A DNA stretch of 64,000 nucleotides, taken from assembly GCA_964016885.1 (NCBI GenBank), contig OZ024745.1, positions 95,790,001 through 95,854,000 on the forward strand, in the 5' to 3' direction. The position numbers and the translations under genes were made by a program. Shown piece after piece: positions 54,479 to 64,000 of the stretch (its first letter is position 1; every line of letters starts with the position of its first letter). A model generated the notes under the pieces. That model ran no database searches and was not told the origin of the DNA. It worked only from the letters and a program-made list of their open reading frames with translations. Source of the stretch: Eledone cirrhosa (Eukaryota).

Positions 54479-54890
54479 TAAATGGAAACTATATTTATAA
54501 AACCATATTTATTTTATTATATATATTTCAAGGGTACCAAGACAACATTGGTACGCTTTTATCAGATAAAATACAAAGTTTGTTTTATAAATAGACGTAC
54601 CCATGAAAATCATAACTTATCGGTTGGAAATTCACTGGATAAGGTATGATTTTCATGGGTACGTCTCTATTTATAAAACAAACTTTGTATTTTATCTGAT
54701 GAAAGCGTACCAATGTTGTCTTGGTACCCTTGAAATATATATAATAAAATAAATATGATTTTATAAATATAGTTTTCATTTATTTAATATCATTGAATAT
54801 TTACTCCAGTAACCTGTTGAGTGCTCTAAATCAGTTATAAACATTTATATTTGTCGGACTTCCAACAAATTAAATACTTCTTCTACTTAT
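54471..54890 (+). mobile_element. Fold-back PLE-like element with ~150-bp arms
   Basis: Arms 54471-54621 / 54638-54790; unique tail with GTTGAGTGCTC; in (TA)n. Confidence 0.85.
54688..54751 (+). ncRNA. Type-I minimal hammerhead ribozyme motif
   Basis: UAUUUUAU-CUGAUGA-AAGCGUACCAA-UGUUGUC-UUGGUACCCUU-GAAA-UAUAUA-UA-AUAAAAUA; 8-bp stem I; predicted cleavage after 54743. Confidence 0.8.
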
Positions 54891-54954
54891 ATATATATAT
54901 ATACATGCAGGTATATATGGGGATATATACCTAAACATAAATAGACACACACAT

Positions 54955-55290
54955 ATCATCATTTCATTTTACGTCCGCTTTTTCCCTGCTTGCAAGGGTG
55001 GGACGGGAACTGCTTCTGGCTTGATTTCTACAGCTGGATGCCCTTCCTAACACCAACCTCATTTACAGTGAGTGCTGGGTGCTTTATTGCCGTGGCACCT
55101 CCACGACCACTTTGCAGTGGAATGATATGGACCCCAGTCCCTATCATCTCATTTCTACAGCTGAGTAAACTGGAGAAATGTGAAATAAAGTGTCTTGCTC
55201 AAGGAAACAACACATCACCCGGTCTGAGAATTGAACTCACAACCTTTCGATTGCAAGGCCAATGCTCTAACCACTAAGCCATGTGCCTCC
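54955..55290 (-). mobile_element. tRNA/CORE-like SINE (same family as 13590)
   Basis: Reverse complement of 13590-13935. Confidence 0.9.
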
Positions 55291-55404
55291 ATATATATAT
55301 ATATATATATATGTACATACGCACACACACACACACGCATATATATATATATGCATACATATATGTATGTATATATATATATATAGTAATAATAATATAT
55401 TTTA

Positions 55405-55440
<36 letters not shown>

Positions 55441-55554
55441 ATAATAATATATTTTAATAAATATATATATATATATATATAAATGAGAGGTATAGAGATT
55501 GTTTTAGCAAGAAGCTAACGGCATTCTATATATATATATACATACATATATGTA

Positions 55555-55633
<79 letters not shown>

Positions 55634-55714
55634 ATATATCTATATATATTATGCATATAGAAATGAGTATTTACATATATGTTCATGCATTTATATATAT
55701 ATACATTATACAAA

Positions 55715-56290
55715 CATGTCTGTGGGAGTCTGAGATGTCGTTGTGGTAGGTCCCTCGACTCTACAGGCCTGCATGGTTTGTCTTGCTGCCTGAATGCTGG
55801 TCGCTTCTCCCACCACACCAAGCTAAACCTGATCATTAAGCGGGCCCTAGCTCAGGTAAATATCTCCTCTCAGTTCTAGAGCCAGCTGGATTATCCAGAA
55901 TTGATGGGAAAAGGACCAGATGGTCTTACCCTTTATTCCAAGGTAAGAGGTAGATGTCTCATCTGGGATGCCACAGTCAGTGACTCTTTTGCTCCCTCCC
56001 ACATCATGGACGCTGTGGTAAATGTGAGGGTCACTGCTTCCGTTGCCGAATGGAATAAAATCCAAAAACACTAGGAATTATCAAATAATTATCTATTCCA
56101 TCCTGTGGCGTTTGAGACGTTTGGTGGAGCAGGCCCGCTGACAGAGAAGTTCTTGTCATCATTGGCGGCTCACCTTACTGAGGTATCAGGTGATGCCTAA
56201 GAGGGTGCTTGGTTGTTTCAGTGTCTTAGCGACGCCATCACCCATGTTAATGCTGAAAGCATGTTGGCTTGCCTTAAACATTTCCAGTGA
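55715..56290 (+). pseudogene. CRE-clade non-LTR retrotransposon C-terminus (CCHC knuckle + restriction-like endonuclease), disrupted
   Basis: CRCG...HGLSC, LEPAGL, DGKR/PDG, IWDATV, FHPVAFETFGGAG, LFQCLS..I...NA; frameshifts and stops. Confidence 0.8.
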
Positions 56291-57599
56291 CCCTTGTGAT
56301 GTGACGGATTGACGCACTAGGTGATGAACTGATGGGCTTTTTGTTTGTTTGTTTGTTGTTGTTGTTTTTTTTTGTTGTTGTTGTGGGGTTTTGGGGGGGG
56401 GCGGGGGTAGTAAGCAGTAAATTTCCCCTTGAATTCTTGGAAACTGACTGCTCGTTTTGATTATATATTTTTGAGTATTATATTTATAAGGTTCCTAGAA
56501 ATCATTAATTGATTACATGTATGTATTTCTATTTAATCTTATATATTTGTTATATGATAATAAACATACCTTTGTAATAAAGATGCCTATACTATGTTCA
56601 TACAGGAATCTCTCTCTCTATATATATTATATATATTTATATATATATATGTTTGTGCGTGTCTGTTTGTTTGTGTGTTTGTGTGTGTGTGTGAGTGCGT
56701 GTGTGTGTGGCTGGTTTCACAAGTCGTATGAGGCGAATCTTAAAAGTCCCAGTCAGCCCAGTACGTATAATAAAATTGCTTCAAATTCCCAGTATTGAGT
56801 CCTTCTCTTCAGTAAATGTGTGATATTTATAACTTTATAACTTAACGTGCCTAACATTAATACACTCACACACACGTGTGTATGCGAGTGTGTACAAACA
56901 TATCTACGTGTGTAGGAAAGACAAGAAAGTAAAGGTAATGTATTTCGAACGTGTCATCGGACCTGCTGGTTTCGTTTTATAGATGGTGCAATTTTGGTTA
57001 TTTTAATAAAAGACATGTCGGGTGGTCTACTTACAGTATGTTTTAGTCCTTAGTTCCTCGATTTCATCGGGTTTGAGTTTGCTGTTCCTTTTGCCCATGT
57101 CTCAAGCCATACATCCTCAGAAGGAAAAAAGACTTTTCACATAAGGCGAGCTTACGTCTATCTGTTGGACTGTGTTGATGATTGACAGTGAGATGTGAGA
57201 GAGAGTAGAAGAACGGTGGGAGATGAGTGCGTAAAGAGGGATAGAGAGAGGAGAAAAGATAGAGAGAGATAGAGAAAACAAGTGAAATTAAGGGGGTGAT
57301 GGACTGGGGGAAAATTGAAGTGTGTGTGCGTGAGAAGAAGGGGGAGGAAGAGATAGAGAATCAGCTGAGGGAGGTAATAACTAAAAGTATTGAAAATGAT
57401 GAGTATATTTATATATACATAGGGAGAGAGAGAGAGAGAGAGAGAGAAAGAGACTGCGAAAGAGGATAGAGAGAGGGGGTGGGCAGATCAAATAAATGAA
57501 TGAGTGAAATATATACGTTTGAAAAGGGAGAGAACACTTAGAATAGAAAAGGATGAAGAAGCGAGCAGCCTACTCTCTCTGTAATCATAAATACACACA

Positions 57600-58350
57600 C
57601 AAACATGTGTGTGTATTTATATATATATAGAGAGAGAGAGAGGAGATGGGAGTTTGACGTAAAAACGAATATGACGTTGGAGGTAAACCAACTGGTATAA
57701 AACAAGAACTAGTCTAAAAGAAATATTGTGTTTTATTAAAAGGAAGGGATGAAGAAAAGTGTCATTGTATGAACGAGAAAACAATAAAGAAATAATAAAA
57801 CTTGCTAGTAATAAAAAATGTTTATGTAAACAAGTGATGAAAGAAAGTAACGTGCAATGGGAAAGAAGACAGAAAAAAAGAAAGAAAGAAAGTGAAAAAT
57901 AAGATTAATGATATAAGAAAATAAATAAAAGAAAAGTAGGAAGAATATTGTATAAATGATTTAGGGAGGATATAATAGATAGAAAGTGAATAATGGGAGA
58001 AAATGTGTGTGGGGAGAGAGAAATTTTATTGAGAATTACGATAGGTTCAAAATGGGTATGATGTACAGCGGAGATTGTGTACACTGAAAGTTAATGCTAC
58101 TACAGTAACTTGCCACTGTTTAGTAGATGGAAGAACCAAGTGCCATTTGTTGTATAAATACTGCTATTACTATTTCTACTGCATTATCTATTACTACAGC
58201 TCTTGATGCTGCTACTGCAACTGTAGCGCCGATTGTGTTGCTTTAGTATATAACTGTCTCTGAAAAATTTATAAAATACACCCTTTCATTCACGCTTGGG
58301 GTTTTTTCTTTTTTGGTTTGGTTTTGGTTTGTTGGTTTATATTTATTTCA
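57600..58350. promoter_or_regulatory. CpG-retaining unique region with two TGACGT motifs; possible promoter/5'UTR
   Basis: TGACGT at 57655 and 57672; GA-rich upstream; CpG frequent to about 58900, then sparse. Confidence 0.3.
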
Positions 58351-60691
58351 TTAATTGTTTGTAGTTCTTTGAGTCGGTTTTTTTCTTTTTTTTTGAATTA
58401 TTTGCAGTCTGCTTTTTTTTTCTTTTTTTTTTTGTATAAATGTAAAGAAAATGGTTCCGCAAATATAAATAATAATTATAGTAAACCATGCCTAACTCGT
58501 AGTTTATAGATGCAGTCGTACTACCATAACTAGTAGTAGTAGTAGCTATTTAGTAGATCAGCCAACCAAGTATAGTACTTAACAGTCTCAGACTGGTAGC
58601 TCTTGAAGAAATGGTCCTCTCTATAGCATCTCGTATACAACGAAGGTTTTTCGCGCTACTGTGTAGTGGAGTTTTGTGCAAACTGATCAGAAGTTTGGTA
58701 ATGCGAATGTCATAACAAATATTTTCATATTCAATTCGTTTCGTTTTAAATCAGCACGGACAAGACCATACTGGAGCATCGCCTTCATATTTTAATTTTG
58801 ATTTTTTTTTTTTTTTTTTAGATTTTTAGATTTTTTTTTTTGTTTTCTTGAAATACATTTCCAATCGTTTATTTGTATATATTGATTAAAAGATATTGAA
58901 CATATTGCAAATTTCCTATCAGGCTTTAGTTCATACCACACCACTAATTAGCCTTATAATTATATTTCACTTGAAAATATTGCTACAATGTAGAAATAAT
59001 ATTTACATTTTTAAATTTAAAATCCTTCCAAACACTATTCAAATTTTTCGAAAATATTTCAGAAAAGAATCTTGTTTTTTTCTGTTAATATTATTATTAT
59101 TATCATCATTATTATTGTTATTATTATTATTTACATTTAGATACAATGTGTCTTTTAATCAATTCTTGTCATTCTTTTAATGCTTTGAAATCTAAATTTA
59201 ACTTCTAATAGAACTGAAATAAGGTAAAAGTGTGCATATATTGATTTAAAATGACATTTAAATATTATTTTACAATATAATAAATTATGTATCATTCAAA
59301 AGATAAAACGAGGAAATACATTTTTTTTTTTTTGTAAGTGTGTGTGTGTTTTCTTTTTTATTAATTCAATAAGGATTTATTGATAGATGTCAATTCATTT
59401 CAGATACTATATTTTGTTGATTGCTATTCTTAGTTTTCGGAAAAAGCTGTGAAAATGTTCACAAGAAGTCATTATTATTAACATGTTATATATTTTATAT
59501 TGAATTTCTGCTTGACAAATCCTTTCTCTTTTTACAATATTAGATGAAAAAAAATGATTTAATTATTTGTATTTTTTCTTCTTTTTTTTTACATTTGTTT
59601 TTTGATAAGTTTTACTCATATTCTTTTGTTCTTAAATATTAAAATAATAACTATCTAGATAAATAATTATCATAATTTTTTTGCCATTCTCACAAAGTCA
59701 GTTGGTAATTAGAACATAACAATCTTTGTTAATCTGAAGGTCAATTTACAAATGACCTTCACTATATGTCTGTGGAGAAGAGAAGATTGTTCACAACTAA
59801 AAGAAAGGAGAGAGACAGAATGTGGTTGTCTATCTCACTCACTGTGTGTGTGTTTTTGTGTGAAGAAATGAGAGAGAGTAAAAATGGTTTATGGCAAAAA
59901 AAACACAACACAACAAAACCTAAGAAAGAAATGTAAGTGACAGGGATGTATATGAAAATATTTAAGAAGCTACGGAATCTCTGACACATAAGTTTTGGGT
60001 AGGAATATAATCAATATATTTGAGATGCACAGAAAATATAATGAGTAGCATAATGTTACAATTAATGAAGCATGACCATTTCTTTGAATTTTCAGAGAAT
60101 TATATAAGGATGAAATTCTAGTTGTAGACCATTATAAATAATTAATTTTTAATAGAAACCTTTTATTGATTTATATTTTCTCTGACTATTGCAAATCACA
60201 GAATAACTGAAACATTATAGATGATAAAAAAAAAGAAAAGAAAAAGAAATGTGAGGGTAGATTTAAGGTTGAAATAATAAACAAGCTGAAGATTTTTTTT
60301 TTTAAATTTCTGTTGTTCTAAAACATCGCCTTTATTTTTTATCATTTTTTCACCATCAGGTGAAGGGGAGGTCAGTAACCATAGCCATTTATTTATTTAT
60401 TTATTTATGAGAATGGTAAGAGAAAGAGAGGAATTTATTTTTTATATTATAATCAGAGACCTTGTACCAAAACTTGCAACAAAATGAACTTTACTAGAAG
60501 TACCAATGTCATAGGTGGTGATGTCAAACTAAATCGTAAATTAAGTCTATCACCCAAGAACTGAGGGCAAAAAGACCCAGAAAAAAAAACCAAGCTTCTA
60601 ATAATTCTGCTAGTATACCAATCTAATCTCTGGTCTCCGTCATGAGGCATTTTTTCCCATTGCTGTCTTTGACAACATTTGGCTGTTTTAA

Positions 60692-60919
60692 CCCTTTAGC
60701 ATTTAAACCAGCTGTATATGGCCAGAATTCCCTCACCTCTTTCTGTTCAAACCAGCAGTAACCAGCCACTCATAGTGATGTTAAGGTATTGTTCTCAAAA
60801 TAAATAATATCAAAATCTCTTAGATTCAATATTATGTACGACAATTATGTGAGGTAAAGCCTTTACTGTGAAAAGATAATAGTAAATATAGAATATAGAG
60901 TAATGTAAATACTAAAGGG
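60692..60919 (-). mobile_element. piggyBac-type MITE
   Basis: TTAA TSD; TIRs CCCTTTAGCATTTA / TAAATACTAAAGGG; reverse complement of the 10182 family. Confidence 0.85.
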
Positions 60920-61883
60920 TTAACAGCTGTTCTAACGTTAAGTTTTCTCATTTTTCTATGAATTCTAATATGCTCTTGTATCATCTTGACAAGAAACATC
61001 AATGTTTATTCATTCAATCTAGATAGATATACAGGTCAAGTCTAGGAGTTAAACTCATGCTCACCAAGTAAACTATCACACTTAACTCTTTATCAACAAT
61101 TTTATTGATACAACTATTGAACAGTAAGTTCGATCACTGGATCAGTATATTTAGAGTACATGAAGCATTGTTGAATGGTTAAGAACTTTGCTTCAAAATC
61201 ATTCGTTTAATTCCATTGCATGGCATCTTGGGTAAATGTCATTTACCATAACCTTGAGTCAACCTATGTAAGTAAAATAGGTTTGGCAGAAACCGTTTGG
61301 AAGCTCCTCAGATTAACTGTGTCTATAATTCAAATGACCAGCCTTGTCACACACTGTGGCACCCTGAATCTCTCTGAGAATTATATTAAGGGTACACGTG
61401 TCTGTGGAATCCTCAGATACTTACATGTTAAATTCATGAGCAGTCCATGTTGAGTGAACAACTGGAACATTCAACGCTGAAACTGCTTGAGGTCATATAC
61501 ACTATTATAAGTTAAATGGGTGTTAAATAAGTTAAACTCATAATGTCATGGGTTTGATTCCTGGACTGAGCTGTGTGTTTTGTTCTTGGTATGTGATCAG
61601 CCACCTGATCAAATACCATTCAGGCAAATACATAAGCCAAATTCATTTCTTACTTGTAAGACAAGATAAATGGACTGTAATAAATGTTAAGGCCTTCCCT
61701 GTGTTGTTATGGACATTTCATGCACAAGTGCCAAGAAACACTAGTGGAAGTAAGCTGCAGTAGAAGAATGCCAAGGAAGACCTTGGCAAGTGGGGTGAGA
61801 GCTAAAACTCACAGTGGAGATGGTGAAGGATTGCAACGTTTGGAGAGATGCAAGCATGGAAAAGCAGATGTAAAAGAAATGAT

Positions 61884-62532
61884 GATCATCATCATTTTAC
61901 GTCCGCTTTTCCCTGCTTGCAAGGGTGGGACGGGTCTTATTCAGCACAGCATCTCTCCACTTGTCATGGTCCTTTGTCATCTCCACCGTGAGCCTCAGCG
62001 ATCTGAGGTCTGTTCTCACCACCTCCACCCATGTTTTTCGTGGTCTACCTCTACCATGTCTTCCTTCAACTGGCATTTCCTGGCACTTCTTCACCCATCG
62101 GTCATCCTCCATGCGCATCACATGTCCATACCACCACAGTCTCCTCTCTCGCACACTACATTCTATCGCTCTCAAACACAGTTTCTCTCTCAACACATCC
62201 ATGCTGGGTCGTTCACGCACATTGACATTGCACATCCAATGGAGCATGCTTGCCTCATTTCTCTCCAGCTGTCGCATATCCTCTGCAGTTGCTGGCCACG
62301 TCTCACTACCATGCAGCATCGCGCTCCTCACACAGTCATCATATAACCGGCCTTTTGTACACAGGGAGAAACCCTCCTTCGTCAGCAGAGGAAGCAGCTC
62401 CTTAAACTTCTTCCAACCCATCCTTATTCTAGATACTATGGCCTCGGAACACCCCCCCCCCCCCCCTCCCATGCTAATCTGCTCTCCTTGGTACCAGAAG
62501 CTATCCACCACTTCTATAGCACCCGCCAGCAT
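61884..62532 (-). pseudogene. RTE family B 3' fragment
   Basis: ORF 61897-62532: HGSETW, WYGHVMR, GRPRKTW, ends [14 protein letters not shown] then (GAT)n. Confidence 0.9.
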
Positions 62533-62572
62533 TTGAAAAATGTGTCTATCAATTTGACTTCTACTGTCTAAT

Positions 62573-62663
<91 letters not shown>

Positions 62664-63334
62664 CAGGTCACCAGTTGGTGCTACTGGTAACATGTATCCC
62701 AGTACAACCTGTCTCATTGCGACTAAACTGGCAACCCCACCAAGGTTTCTTGGTGAGGAGGGTGACTTTGGACATCCTGCAGGACTAAAAACAAAACCTG
62801 TCAAAGGGCAAAGGAGCTCTTAAGAGTCAATGGTCATCCAAAATCACCGGGAGAGATGACCCCTTAGCCTTTGTCAAGGCAGAATTCTAGGAGAAGGAAA
62901 ACTCTGATATAACACCTGCAACCCTGATGGTATCCAATGATGTTGACTTGTTCTTCTTTTTAGTAAATATCATCTTGGTTAAGAGAGTGGGACTGGCTTT
63001 GTGCAGTGCCTTGGCTCACTATAAAAGCTTCACGGCACAGGCATTGCTTTATATCTGGAGATCTCTCTGCACTTGTCCTCACATGGTACCATGGGCCCAG
63101 CACTATGTGTCAATAATTGTCACAAGTGTAGTGTTTGTACCAGAGTTTTCAATATGCTGGCTGGACTAAAAAGTCACACTCGTTCAGCGCATCGGTAGGG
63201 GTTCTCCTACATGGATATAAAGTAGTGGCCGTACTCGAAAACGAGTTGGCAGCCACCATATATATATGTATCTATGTATGTATGTGTGTGTGTGTGTGAG
63301 AGAGAGTGTGCGTGTGTGTGTGTGAGTGTGTGTG

Positions 63335-63520
63335 TGTAAAATCCTGGCTGTAAGGCCAAGTGATTTCGGGTTGTGTGTTCAACAAGCCTTTTCAAGAGTG
63401 TAGTGAAACTGCTTGTGTGATTGGTACCGCAGTCAGGATTTTACATATCTCTATACCCACTCTACATTTCCCCATGCATTGAGTACTCCCATGATTAGTA
63501 GTCTCCTCTGTCTCAGAACT
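63335..63520 (+). mobile_element. Degenerate fold-back PLE-like element related to P1
   Basis: TGTAAAATCCTGGCTG ... CAGTCAGGATTTTACA; GAAACTGC...GCAGTC stem III; ACCCACTCTAC...CATTGAGTACTC tail. Confidence 0.6.
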
Positions 63521-63912
63521 GCACACTCTCTCTCTATATATATAGGTATATATTCAAACATATATGCACTCTATATCAATGGTGTATAACCAAGGTCTGC
63601 TAACAATACATTTTTATACTATTTCTATATATTTTGCATTTTGTTAATAGTTTATAAATATATTGTACTATCATCTAAATATATTTGACATTTATCTTTT
63701 AATGTCATATTCATTTTAACCATATTATAATGTTCAACTTATTCTGTTTAACCATAGACTATATGAAATATCCATGAAATGTTCAAAGTTATTATTGTTA
63801 TAGTTGTAGTTGTAGAGTGTTGGTGAATCATTCATTGCCAATGAGATGAAATACTTATTTTGTACTAATGCAGTAGAACCATCCTTTCTCTATCTTGAAT
63901 CTCTTTCCTTTG

Positions 63913-64000
63913 TTAACCATTCAATTACTAACCCAGCCAAAACCAGCTCTGGTTCTATGAAATAAAGTCACTCATTTTAAAGGTTTCCAATTTATACCAA
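63913..64000 (-). mobile_element. piggyBac-type MITE second family, cut by window edge
   Basis: Reverse complement of about 45785-45867. Confidence 0.65.

Overview
AT-rich, microsatellite-dense eukaryotic DNA with no complete protein-coding gene. The repeat content (tRNA-derived SINEs with Meta-like and CORE/V-like domains, RTE LINEs, extensive (TA)n/(TACA)n) points to an animal genome, most likely octopus/cephalopod (inference). Contents: one 2.5-kb 5'-truncated, frameshifted RTE LINE (RT plus an internal PHD-like finger), several shorter RTE fragments, a CRE-type RLE LINE fragment, about 20 SINE copies, piggyBac-type TTAA MITEs, two Helitron-like elements, a ~24-copy SINE-derived 61/62-bp minisatellite, two candidate minus-strand host exons and two CpG-rich putative promoter zones. 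The most striking unexplained layer is about 15 short non-coding inserts in or beside (TA)n tracts. Most are fold-back palindromes carrying minimal type-I hammerhead ribozyme motifs (CUGANGA...GAAA, short and often palindromic stem III) and a shared 3' motif, which I interpret as several families of non-autonomous Penelope-like (PLE) elements. Nearly all ORFs in the supplied track are microsatellite or antisense-TE artefacts. Coordinates were read by eye; ends of degenerate elements are approximate.
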